A stretch of 64,000 bases of DNA, from contig OZ241889.1 of NCBI GenBank assembly GCA_965203355.1, positions 352,001 through 416,000 on the forward strand. The letters run 5' to 3'. Source of the DNA: Candidatus Latescibacterota bacterium. GTDB lineage: Bacteria; Latescibacterota; UBA2968; UBA8231. The position numbers and the translations under genes were made by a program. The notes under the pieces are model-generated. The model was not told the DNA's origin and searched no databases. It saw nothing but the letters and a program-made list of their open reading frames with translations. Positions 1 through 9,167 of this stretch are shown in pieces. Every line of letters begins with the position of its first letter. Position 1 is the stretch's first letter.

Positions 1-50
1 AGGCGGTCCTTGGGTCGCCTTGCTGACGCGGTACTAGCGGGCGAGCAACA

Positions 51-989
51 ATGGACCTCAGCGACCGCGTCTTCTTCGGCCAGACCGATCTTCAGGTCTC
101 GCGCCTGTGTCAAGGAACCGCCTTCCGCCACCTGCCCCGCGCCGACAGCCCCCAGTCCTTAGCCGTACTCCACCACTGCTTGGACCAAGGCGTCAACTTC
201 TTCGACACCGCGCAGGCCTACGGCTGGGGCGGGGCCGAGGAGGTGCTGGGGCGGGCGATCGCGGGTCGCCGCGACCAGGTCGTCATCTGCACCAAGGTTC
301 CCGCGTCGCTGGCCCCTACAAGCGACGGCGATCCCGGAGCGCGCGTCCGCTATACTCGCGCCCATCTCACCCACCGCCTCGAAGAAAGTCTCGGCCGCCT
401 GCGCACCGACCGCGTCGACCTCTACCTTTTACACCACCGCGACGAAAACACGCCGCTGGAGGCCATCGCCGAGGTCATGGAGGACTTGGTAAAGGCGGGC
501 AAAACTCGCTACTGGGGCGTCTCCAACCATGGCACCGCCGAGGTCGAAGCCTTTCTCGACCTCGCCCCCATGGCTGGAGTCGAGGACTACTACAATATCG
601 CCGGCAGCCACTGCGACGAAGCGGGACGCTCGCGGGTGGAAATCTACGAAGAAGAGATGCTGCCCCTGCTGCGGCGCACTAACCTAGGCTGCCTAGCCTT
701 CAGCCCGATGGACACCGGCCTGCTAGCTCGTCCCAACGATCCCGCCCTCGCCGCGTTAGTCGCCGCCCTCGACCAAGTCGCCGCTGACTTGGGCACCTCC
801 CGCGCCGCCGTCTGCGTCGCCTGGGTTCTGCATCAGGGCATTACCTGCGTACTCGCTGGCGCCGAAAGCACCGCGCATGTCAATGCCAATCTCCAAGGCA
901 CCGGCCTCCAACTTCCCGCGGACGCCCTCGCCGCCCTCGACCAAGCGCGTCGTACCTACCGCGCCAGCCAACAGGAGCAACGCCCGTGA
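51..989 (+). CDS. Aldo/keto reductase
   Basis: AKR motifs GVNFFDTAQAYG, VVICTK, SLGRLRTDRVDLYLLH, GKTRYWGVSN. Confidence 0.9.
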   Translation: MDLSDRVFFGQTDLQVSRLCQGTAFRHLPRADSPQSLAVLHHCLDQGVNFFDTAQAYGWGGAEEVLGRAIAGRRDQVVICTKVPASLAPTSDGDPGARVRYTRAHLTHRLEESLGRLRTDRVDLYLLHHRDENTPLEAIAEVMEDLVKAGKTRYWGVSNHGTAEVEAFLDLAPMAGVEDYYNIAGSHCDEAGRSRVEIYEEEMLPLLRRTNLGCLAFSPMDTGLLARPNDPALAALVAALDQVAADLGTSRAAVCVAWVLHQGITCVLAGAESTAHVNANLQGTGLQLPADALAALDQARRTYRASQQEQRP

Positions 990-1867
990 ACATCGTCGAT
1001 GCCCATGTCCACGTCTGGTCCTCCGACTTCAATCGGTATCCGCTGGCCCCCGGCTTTGCGCCCGGCGATCTGTGGCTACCCTCTTTTACGCCTGACGACC
1101 ACTTTGCCTACAGCCGCCGGGTCGGCAAGGTCCGCCTCAACCTAGTGCAAATGACCTGGTACGGCCTCGACCACCGCTACATCCTCGACCTCATCGCCTC
1201 TGACCCCGAGACCTACACAGGCACCGGCATCGTCCCCGGAGTCTCCGACGTATCGCTGGCCGATCCGGGCAAGACCATGCTCGCCTTGGCCGAGGGCGGC
1301 ATTCGCGCCTTCCGCGTACGCGGCGGCAAGACCGGGCGTCCGACCGCGTTTGGCCGCTCGGACCGCTGGCTCGACTATCCCGGCTACGAATCCATGTTCC
1401 GCGCCGGGGCCGAGCACAACCTAGCCCTCAGCTTCCTCATGGGACTTGCAGACCTGCCCGGCTTGGTCCGTCTCTGCCGCCGCTTTCCCGCAACCCCGGT
1501 GATCCTCGACCATGTCTGCGGAGTGCGCATCCGCGACGGCGTCTGGCCCGCAAGCGATATCCGCACCCTCTGCACCATGGCCCGCTACCCGCGCGTCATG
1601 GTCAAGCTCGGCCCGTTCCAAGCCCTCGGCAACGGCGAGGCCCCGCACCTCGACCTCTTGCCCCTCATCGAGCGCATCGTCGATGCCTTTGGCCCCGAAC
1701 GCATCATGTGGGAGAGCGACAGCGGTGGCCCCATCCGCATGAAAAATCCCGTCGATGACTTTGCCGCGGCAATCGCTCTAATCCGCGACCACGCTGATTT
1801 CCTCAGCCAGCGCGACAAGGAATACATCTTAGGCAAGACAGCCGAGGACTTCTTCTTTAACCGCTAG
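986..1867 (+). CDS. Amidohydrolase family protein (Amidohydro_2, lactonase-like)
   Basis: IVDAHVHVW metal-binding motif, ILDH, FGPERIMWESD; GTG start overlaps the upstream stop. Confidence 0.85.
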   Translation: MNIVDAHVHVWSSDFNRYPLAPGFAPGDLWLPSFTPDDHFAYSRRVGKVRLNLVQMTWYGLDHRYILDLIASDPETYTGTGIVPGVSDVSLADPGKTMLALAEGGIRAFRVRGGKTGRPTAFGRSDRWLDYPGYESMFRAGAEHNLALSFLMGLADLPGLVRLCRRFPATPVILDHVCGVRIRDGVWPASDIRTLCTMARYPRVMVKLGPFQALGNGEAPHLDLLPLIERIVDAFGPERIMWESDSGGPIRMKNPVDDFAAAIALIRDHADFLSQRDKEYILGKTAEDFFFNR

Positions 1868-1945
1868 CGATCAGCCGCGTTCCGCTTGATGCGCCCTCCC
1901 CCATTCCGTACACTCCCGCGCAACCTTCCCAAAGGAGTCTCCATC

Positions 1946-2752
1946 GTGAAAATCGGCCTCTACGCCTCCATGTTCGGCAAAGACGATCCACCCACGCTGC
2001 AAAGCATCGAAAGCTACATCGACCACGCCTACGACCTCCGTCTCGACTTAATCGACTTCCGCCGCGACCGCGGCTTTAGCTCCGAAAACGCCGACTACCT
2101 CATCAAGACCAAACTCTCCTGCATCGAAAAAGGACTTTCCATCGGCTACTTAGCTTCCGGTGGACACTTCGTCGGCAGCGACGAAGTGCTGCGTGCCAAG
2201 GTCGCCACTGCCAAGGCCGACATGGCCATCGCGCTGATGTTGGGCGCGCCCATGATCCGCCTGTTCTGCGGCCAGCCCCTCACCGACCCAACGGAGCGCG
2301 CCCGCGAAATCCTCTGTTTCCAAGAAGTCGCCGACTACGGCCTCGAAATAGGCATCGCCATCGGCCTGCAAAACCACCCCTCCACCGGCGACGATATCCG
2401 GCGCATCATCGAGGAGACCGCCCGCCCCAACTTTAGCTTCCTGCTCGACACCGGCCAGTGGTGCGGTTCGCCAGCCCGCAACCGAGGCATTCCCGACCCA
2501 GACCACGACATCTACGCCTACATGCGGCAGACCGCCCATCTGGCCACCCACGTCCGCGCCAAGTTCTACAAGATCGACAGCGGCAAGGAAGCGTGGATCG
2601 ACTACGAGCGCATCGTCCCGATCCTCGCCGAGGCCGGATACAACGGGCCGCTCTCCGTCGTCTTTGAGGGCCAAGACATCAACGATTGCAACGACAAGGA
2701 AGTCATCCGCTTGGCGGCTGCACAACTGCGGGATTTGGCCGCCCGGCTCTAA
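1946..2752 (+). CDS. Sugar phosphate isomerase/epimerase (xylose isomerase-like TIM barrel)
   Basis: GAPMIRLF, IGLQNH, LLDTG, IDYERI...GYNGPLSVVFEG; GTG at 1946 follows AAAGGAG. Confidence 0.8.
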   Translation: MKIGLYASMFGKDDPPTLQSIESYIDHAYDLRLDLIDFRRDRGFSSENADYLIKTKLSCIEKGLSIGYLASGGHFVGSDEVLRAKVATAKADMAIALMLGAPMIRLFCGQPLTDPTERAREILCFQEVADYGLEIGIAIGLQNHPSTGDDIRRIIEETARPNFSFLLDTGQWCGSPARNRGIPDPDHDIYAYMRQTAHLATHVRAKFYKIDSGKEAWIDYERIVPILAEAGYNGPLSVVFEGQDINDCNDKEVIRLAAAQLRDLAARL

Positions 2753-2763
2753 CGGGGATGGTT

Positions 2764-2898
2764 TCGGATCAGAAAGCGTCGTTCAGCGCGACGCTGGGCT
2801 TACCCGTCCGCACTCCCGCTTGCAGGAGCCGTCCCACTCCTTGCCTTAAGACCGGGAGCGGCCTACTCTTCTTGGGTATCGGCCAAAGGTCGACCCGA
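2764..2898 (-). ncRNA. Candidate structured non-coding RNA, family unknown
   Basis: Five stems (four nested plus a side hairpin) in an intergenic region; two A-C mismatches on + become G-U pairs on -. Confidence 0.4.
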
Positions 2899-3009
2899 TG
2901 TTTTCTTTGTTGGAACCGCCCCCGTTCTACTGCAAATCCGTCCAATAATTCTTCCTAAGCAGGGTACGCGGCCGCAACGCCCATCTTTCACGCGGAGAAA
3001 TCTCATGCA

Positions 3010-3290
3010 GATAGACGCCTTCTCAGGGAAAAGGCCACCCAAGAAGACGTACCGTGCAAACGGCTTCCGGCCTCATCTGCAAAGAACTGAAGGCTGGCCC
3101 CGGGGTCTCGCCCAAAACCACCGACCGGGTCAAAGTCCACTACCACGGCTCGCTGATTGACGGCACCGTCTTCGACAACTCGGTAGAGCACGGCGAGCCT
3201 AGCACCTTCACCCGCGACCAAGTGATCAAAGGCTGAACTGAGGAACTGCAAATGATGAAAGTGGGCGGCCAAAATGGAAACTACATGTTG
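3010..3290 (+). pseudogene. FKBP-type peptidyl-prolyl isomerase (FklB/FkpA-like) remnant
   Basis: QTASGL...DRVKVHYHGSLIDGTVFD...QVIKG, then TGA at 3234-3236 where the conserved Trp is expected, then TEELQMMKVGG and a frameshifted WKLHV. Confidence 0.8.
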
Positions 3291-3919
3291 CCCGACTGTT
3301 GGTGTCGTGTAGTTAGGGCTGAGGTCCGTTCCCAAACTTGTGCAGCTAATGGCACGAGATTGCTTCCAGGGGCATCAAGGGCAATTCCCTGCGACAGAGA
3401 CCGGATACTAAGATAGATTGTCTGGCGACCTCGATGGTATAGACGCTGAAACAACAATAAGCATAGTTTACACACTACATACAGCATTAGAATCGGAGCA
3501 CCTGTTGCGATGTGCCAGAATACCGATAGCATCATACGTTGATGAATATCCTTAACGAACCCCTTATATTCTTCGTTTTGCAAGGTCGCCAATTGCTCGT
3601 CCAAACCATCGGAAAAAGGTCGCTTTTCTCGCGGGTATTTCTTTAACCCCCAATAGGCTGCCAGCACTCCCCAAATACTCACCCGGTGCCCATGACGCAA
3701 TAATCCATTGAGAATTTGTCGCATCATCACATATGAGGGAGTATCTAAGGGAACGCCTATACTGTAGGTCTTTATGAAAAGCGAATCTCGCAACACAAAA
3801 AGCTTGTGGCGTAGTAGATCAATCCGAAATTTTCGGTATCCCCAAAAGTAGACTATCCATCCAATCAATACATAAATCACCAGCCTGATACCGGCGATCG
3901 CTTCCATTTCGGTTGTCAT
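3281..3919 (-). CDS. Hypothetical membrane protein
   Basis: 212-aa ORF with hydrophobic segments, lower GC than the flanks, 4-nt overlap with the upstream gene. Confidence 0.7.
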   Translation of the reverse strand: MTTEMEAIAGIRLVIYVLIGWIVYFWGYRKFRIDLLRHKLFVLRDSLFIKTYSIGVPLDTPSYVMMRQILNGLLRHGHRVSIWGVLAAYWGLKKYPREKRPFSDGLDEQLATLQNEEYKGFVKDIHQRMMLSVFWHIATGAPILMLYVVCKLCLLLFQRLYHRGRQTIYLSIRSLSQGIALDAPGSNLVPLAAQVWERTSALTTRHQQSGNM

Positions 3920-4332
3920 GGCTCGTCCTCCGGGTGTGTGTCGCCTGCTTCCGTCAGGTCACTAGATGTGCGGTTAGGATCTATGTGCTTTTCAAGTTTC
4001 TTTATATATGTTTCTATATCCTGTGTCTTCTTTTTTCGTAGTTTGCGCTCTCTTATGGCCCAAAAAGTTGTACCGCCTGTGATCAAGTATAAAACGCCCC
4101 TGTCAAGTTCCAAGTCGGTAATAGCTTTGAGAACAATATCTGCATCAGTAGTTTTGCCGGCTAGGCTATCTACTATCAAATATAAGAAATAGAAACATGC
4201 AACTATACCTCCCCACCGTATCAGTCCATTAAAAATCCCCCCAATAGTGTCCCACTTTTTTCCATACTTGGCCCATTCAAGTCGAGACCTTTCTGAAATA
4301 CCTTCACCTTTGCGCCGCCGTCCTTTCGCCAT
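3916..4332 (-). CDS. Hypothetical membrane protein (two TM segments, coiled-coil C-terminus)
   Basis: 138-aa ORF, AGGAG RBS upstream, C-terminal DPNRTSSDLTEAGDTHPED. Confidence 0.75.
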   Translation of the reverse strand: MAKGRRRKGEGISERSRLEWAKYGKKWDTIGGIFNGLIRWGGIVACFYFLYLIVDSLAGKTTDADIVLKAITDLELDRGVLYLITGGTTFWAIRERKLRKKKTQDIETYIKKLEKHIDPNRTSSDLTEAGDTHPEDEP

Positions 4333-4605
4333 ATCTGCTCCTAAATTAAATATACAATACAGACATGTTATTAATACGTAATATGTTGAACCCTATCAAC
4401 TCTAGGACGCTGCCTTGCAGGTACTCAAGCTCCCGACCAATCCCTCGTGGGCGTAGTGCCAAGCCTCCAAGTGACTGAGGGGGGCACTGCATTTCGGCCT
4501 GTTTGGCGGCAATTCCTCGTCGAGCTGCCCGGCTTGGTGCAGGAGACTTTTCCACCACAGACGCGGTAACTGGACCACGCCTAGCGGCCCTTGCCAGTGC
4601 TCCTT

Positions 4606-5460
4606 TCAGGTGGCTGCCAACTCAAACAGCGGTGCGTTCTCCTCGGCGCGAACTCGCAAGCCCTCCACTTCGGCGGCTGTGAGCGGCGCGAGGCGGTCGG
4701 CCATGTCCAAGGCCATTTCAAAGAGAGATGCCTCGCCGGGCGGCAGGGCGGCTGTGATGGGCTGCGATAGGGCGAAACGCAGAGCTAGCTCGGCTAGTGC
4801 CGGCTCGTCAATGGGATCGTACCAGCATTTGGCGTAGCGTTTGGGTGTTCCTTGGGGCAGGCGCGAGCGGGCCATGGCTTTGAGGGCTAGGCAGGCCGCA
4901 CCGCGCTCCTGTGCCTTGGCCACGACTTGGGGGCCGAAGCCGGCTTGGAAGTAATTGACCCAGTTGATGGGGAAGAGCACCGAGTCAAAGGGAAAATAGT
5001 CCAGCAGTTCCAGGGCGATTTCAGCCGAATGGGCTGAAAAACCTATGTAGCGCACCAAGCCTTGATCGCGGGCTTCCACAAACGCCGACAAGGCGCCGTC
5101 GGGGGCCGTGGCCGCGGCAAAATCCTCATCCGTGGTCATGGCGTGCAATTGGTACAAGTCGAAGTGATCGGTGCGCAGGGCCTTGAGCGATTGGCGCAAC
5201 TCAGCGGCGGCTCCAGCCCGGGTGCGCTAGGTGGTCTTGCAGGCCAAGAATACCTCGCTGCGATGCGGCTCCAAGGCTGGTCCCAGACGCTCTTCGGCGT
5301 TGCCGTAGCTCGGGGCCACGTCAAAGTAATTGACGCCGCGCTCAACGGCTCGTCCCACCAAGCGGTCGGCCTCAGCCGCTTCCACTTGGCTGACGACGAT
5401 GCCGCCGAAACCGATTACAGAAAGGTGTTCACCCGTGGTACCGTAGGGACGTCGCTGCAT
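4606..5460 (-). pseudogene. Aldo/keto reductase interrupted by one in-frame TAG
   Basis: ORFs 5227-5460 and 4606-5199 share a frame; reads FLACKTT*RTRAGAAAELRQSLKALRTDHFDLYQLH with TAG at 5227-5229. Confidence 0.8.
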
Positions 5461-5580
5461 GGATATTCTCCTATTTTTAGTGAGACAAATGCGTTGTTGT
5501 CGGCAACCTACTCAAACCCCGTTGCGCCGCCCTTGTTTTCTTCGGCGAACAGGGTTTCGTCGAGAAGGATGCGAATGGGC

Positions 5581-5823
5581 TTATTGTGGGGGACTCTGTT
5601 GAAAGCGAGTGCGAGCATTGGGAAGCGTAATGCCAACAAGACGGCTATCGCGATAATGGTAGATACTCCCGTCATCTTCCATCACACTGTCGTTGGCGCA
5701 CTGAGGCTTTGCAAAGCTGAGATACAATACATCAGCCCCTTCATCATAGTCACTCCAAACTTGTGAATAAGGCAAGCGCAATAGCTCGGAAACAAACGTC
5801 AGGTTAATGCTGGATGTATCCAT
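5581..5823 (-). CDS. DUF2283-like protein (putative antitoxin)
   Basis: YDEGADVLYLSF...D..LVGIT signature. Confidence 0.8.
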   Translation of the reverse strand: MDTSSINLTFVSELLRLPYSQVWSDYDEGADVLYLSFAKPQCANDSVMEDDGSIYHYRDSRLVGITLPNARTRFQQSPPQ

Positions 5824-6146
5824 ATCGCATTCCTCCTGCGAGTAATTTTATCCGGCCTCGACGTTAAAAATGCCGTAATGATGAACCCATCTTCTTCATC
5901 GCAATATATGGCGACACAGGTCTTTTCAGTAATGTTGGTCGCATCATAATATCGCAATGCAATTGTCGCCCCCAAATCTCCGGCGACCAAGCGATCCGGG
6001 GCTGCAACTGTTTCGAGCACCTTTTCCTGATTTCCGGCCATGTAATCGTGCGACTCTGTGATGTGAATCCATTGCTTATGGGTCAATCGTATAGTATGCC
6101 GATCAATAGAAGGTACGGTTGATAAGATAACATTTCCAGGTATCAT
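5799..6146 (-). CDS. DUF4258/BECR (RelE-like) RNase-fold putative toxin
   Basis: IRLTHKQWIHITESH...GFIITAF; overlaps the DUF2283 gene. Confidence 0.7.
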   Translation of the reverse strand: MIPGNVILSTVPSIDRHTIRLTHKQWIHITESHDYMAGNQEKVLETVAAPDRLVAGDLGATIALRYYDATNITEKTCVAIYCDEEDGFIITAFLTSRPDKITRRRNAIWIHPALT

Positions 6147-6402
6147 AGAATCAGGTCAGGCTTTTGGGGCAAATATACCGTTCACTCAAATAGGTACCCC
6201 AATTGATATTCTGGGTGTACTAGCACTGGACCAAGTCTCTTCTGGAATAAAGCGAGGCTACCTGTGTCGAAAGAGAATTGGAACTGTTGATGAAGATCTG
6301 GACCGACGTCCAATAGACACTCGAATATGACGCACTATGCAAGTAACGTCTACGTTCTATAACAGGTTGAAGACAACTCGAAAGCGATTTACCAGCCGGT
6401 AT

Positions 6403-6795
6403 TCATTCACTCATTAAAGCATCGAAGCGTTCGAGAAGTACTCCATAGTCCTTCACCCATGAGGAGATCAAATCGGTCGTCTTGGTTGGCAACGCCAGTT
6501 GTCTCGCAAGGTCGGCGAGATATTGCTGTTCTTCAGAGCTTGTATGCTGATCCGCTAGTGCCAAAACGAGAGCATCACGATAAACCAAGATCCGTGTGGC
6601 CCATGGCAGTTCCGACAAGTCGTCGGGACACTCCGGAAGGTTGTCAAGATCGATGCCAAAATGTGCGGCCTGTTGCTCAAGGATTTCCTGCTCGGCGGGG
6701 TGAAGTCCATCTGAATGAGCTATCTTTGAGAGGGTCGCGATGTACAACTCAGGCGAAAAACCATCGAGAGGATTCTGTAGAGAATTCATATTCAC
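6403..6795 (-). CDS. TerB-like protein
   Basis: Two TerB half-motifs: KIAHSDG-LHPAEQEIL and LALADQHTSSEEQQYLADLARQL. Confidence 0.75.
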   Translation of the reverse strand: MNMNSLQNPLDGFSPELYIATLSKIAHSDGLHPAEQEILEQQAAHFGIDLDNLPECPDDLSELPWATRILVYRDALVLALADQHTSSEEQQYLADLARQLALPTKTTDLISSWVKDYGVLLERFDALMSE

Positions 6796-8252
6796 TCCAT
6801 CATAAAGGCGTCGAGTTCGTCGGTTTTACGAATTATATGCCTGTCGGGTACGCCAACGATCTCCGCGAACTGGATGCTAGCTTCCAGCCTCAGATCGGTA
6901 TTTACAGTGTTATCGAAAGCGACCTTCGCTAGACGCTCCAAGCTTCCGAAGTAAGCATCCAACTTTTTGATAAAGGCACGGAATTCTTCATCAAGCTGTT
7001 CAATAGCTCTTTTCTCGTAGGTAGCAAGTCGTGCAATCAGCTTCGATTCTGCCATCCCAAGTCCGTTCTTGATAGCTGAAGCGACAATTTTCCCTGCAAG
7101 ACTGCCGACAAAAGCACCCAACATGGGGATTGGAATTAGTACTTGGCCGGCCATAGCGGCCAAGCCAACGATCGCGGCGTCCGCTGCGATGACGTGCGAC
7201 AACTCCACGAATTGCTCGCCATCAATCTTGCCAGAGTGGTACTGCCTCAGAAGATCCCCGACACCCATCAAGCTGCTGACAAGAGCACCGGCAAATGGAG
7301 CAGCCAGATCGGTCGAGTTAGTCAAGGCATACAATGCACTGCCAGCAACGGCCCCACCACCAGCACCTTTTGTTGCGGCAACACCAACGTCCTTCCAGTC
7401 CTGAGTTGAAAACTCTCCTTTGAAGGGGTTCTTGCCATCTCGATACTTGACCCATATCGCCTGTCCAAAACGGACTCCGCTACCGGCTGCAGCACCTATA
7501 GCTGCTGCACTTCCAAGCCCCGATAGTGATGGACCGTGTTCGGTTATCGCTTCCTGCTTCAGTTCATCATTCTTTTGAGCCAACCTATTTTCGCGATCAT
7601 CAAGCGTGTCATGGACACGCCCCTGTTGAACCTCAGCGTAAGTGCCTTCTCCCGGCTGAATGAGTTCGTCTAGGGACCTACCTGTCTTCTGTTGGAGGTC
7701 ATTAAGTTTACCCGAGATCGCGTTCGCGCTCTTTTCGGAAAGTCCATCAATCTGACCTGTCTGGCGCAACTGCTCTATTTGCTGATATTGATCGCGAGGA
7801 ATGTGGTAATGACCGCCGCCACTTGCAAAATCTTGATACTTCGTCTCATGGAGAGAAACTCCTTCCAAGGTATTACGAAGACCGTTATAATACTTGGACT
7901 GAATATCCACGCCCATCTCGCGATAATCGACAGGATCAAGGCGTCCGACTCCAGAAAATGTAGCCGTCGGCGTACGACCGTACAGTGCATCTATCGCACG
8001 GCGGACTCCCACATGAACCTGTTCTGCAATCTCGCCATGCTTGGTGGCCGGATTGCCAAGGATATTTTCTGGAGATCCCACAAAATCACGGACGCGCGAC
8101 ATCTCTCGCCACGCGTCCAAGAAATTCCTATCCTGAGTCTGTATTACTTCGGCGAGCCTGTTGGCTCGGTCCGCCGCATCAAGGGATGCCCATGTAGCTG
8201 CGACCTGCGCGGCTACATGCGGTCCCGTATGGTTTGTGTCAGGCTGATTCAA
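6792..8252 (-). CDS. Hypothetical protein: possible REase-fold N-terminus plus Gly/Ala-rich hydrophobic helices
   Basis: 486-aa ORF; HGEIAE...PVD...DIQSK; hydrophobic GSAAAIGAAAGSG and VLIPIPMLGAFVGSLAG; 4-nt overlaps on both sides. Confidence 0.7.
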   Translation of the reverse strand: MNQPDTNHTGPHVAAQVAATWASLDAADRANRLAEVIQTQDRNFLDAWREMSRVRDFVGSPENILGNPATKHGEIAEQVHVGVRRAIDALYGRTPTATFSGVGRLDPVDYREMGVDIQSKYYNGLRNTLEGVSLHETKYQDFASGGGHYHIPRDQYQQIEQLRQTGQIDGLSEKSANAISGKLNDLQQKTGRSLDELIQPGEGTYAEVQQGRVHDTLDDRENRLAQKNDELKQEAITEHGPSLSGLGSAAAIGAAAGSGVRFGQAIWVKYRDGKNPFKGEFSTQDWKDVGVAATKGAGGGAVAGSALYALTNSTDLAAPFAGALVSSLMGVGDLLRQYHSGKIDGEQFVELSHVIAADAAIVGLAAMAGQVLIPIPMLGAFVGSLAGKIVASAIKNGLGMAESKLIARLATYEKRAIEQLDEEFRAFIKKLDAYFGSLERLAKVAFDNTVNTDLRLEASIQFAEIVGVPDRHIIRKTDELDAFMME

Positions 8253-9100
8253 AGTGCGACCTCAGCTTGGAGTAGTTGGCTAAGCGAGCGAATGTGATTA
8301 ATGAGAGCCGCAAGTCTTTCTTTTTGTTCTAAGTTGAACTGCCGATAGTTTTTCGGAGCATGGTTTGTAAGCCAATCGAGGCCAGCCAAGCACCCCTCTG
8401 AGTGCTCTTTTGTACGTTGTCCAAGCCCCTTAATCTCTCGATTAGCCGTCTCTAGGGAGCGAACTTTTGCTTCGACCTTGACACGCTCCTGTGATGCCTT
8501 CTCGGCGATCTCCTTGTTGCGCTTGTTAAGGTAGATTGCTGATCCTCCAATAGCGAGACCACCAATTGTCCATCCTACAGGACCTGTAAGGACCAGAAGA
8601 ACTTTTCCAGCAGCCATGCCACCACCTCCGGCAGCAACAGCTCCACCTCCGAGCCAAGCGAGAGCAGCATTCGTGGCTGCAGCACCGGATAGAGCGGATA
8701 TCGCTGTTCCAGTTGATGCTGTACCAAAGGTAGTCGCCACCGCCATAGCCGCGGTTGGACCTAGCGCAGCAACTCCTACACCCACGGCCCCTCCAGTTGC
8801 GCCCGTAGCCTTACCTATCTTAGTGGACTCTGTGGCTTCCGTCTTGAGACGTTGCACGGTCCTATCGAAGCGATTCGCTTCAACGCGGTACTGGGCAACC
8901 GACTTGTCGAACTCCTTGGGCGAGTTCGCAAGCAGGTTCACGTAATCTTCGACTCGTTCGATCACCTCACCAGCCGTCCGTTGCCGTTGCTTGAATAGCC
9001 GTACGCTCGCACGCTCGACACTCTTGCGAATAGACTCATATCTGTTGACTACCTTATCAAGCTTCTCAATTTCCTCGCGGCGCACAGACGAATTGAACAT
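8249..9100 (-). CDS. Hypothetical protein: coiled coil - Gly/Ala hydrophobic hairpin - coiled coil
   Basis: ATG at 9100 after an AAAGGAGA RBS; GTASTGTAISALSGAAATNAALAWLGGG segment. Confidence 0.75.
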   Translation of the reverse strand: MFNSSVRREEIEKLDKVVNRYESIRKSVERASVRLFKQRQRTAGEVIERVEDYVNLLANSPKEFDKSVAQYRVEANRFDRTVQRLKTEATESTKIGKATGATGGAVGVGVAALGPTAAMAVATTFGTASTGTAISALSGAAATNAALAWLGGGAVAAGGGGMAAGKVLLVLTGPVGWTIGGLAIGGSAIYLNKRNKEIAEKASQERVKVEAKVRSLETANREIKGLGQRTKEHSEGCLAGLDWLTNHAPKNYRQFNLEQKERLAALINHIRSLSQLLQAEVAL

Positions 9101-9167
9101 TCTCAATCTCCTTTGATTCGGAATCTTACTAAAACCTCGCCCCGCCGTCAAACGATTCCAACGCGCA

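Noticed and set aside
3234-3236. TGA at a conserved Trp position as evidence of a non-standard genetic code
   Set aside because: The same gene is frameshifted and truncated, and TGA terminates many intact genes in the window.
4346-4558. 70-aa minus-strand ORF upstream of the membrane pair
   Set aside because: No RBS or recognisable motif; it spans the GC transition and the likely promoter region.
5505-5580. Minus-strand stretch reading PIRILLDETLFAEENKGGATGFE*
   Set aside because: May be the 3' remnant of a gene cut by the island, but it is too short to assign.
6150-6400. Possible integron attC sites around the island genes
   Set aside because: No convincing RYYYAAC...GTTRRRY pair with internal dyad found, and no intI.
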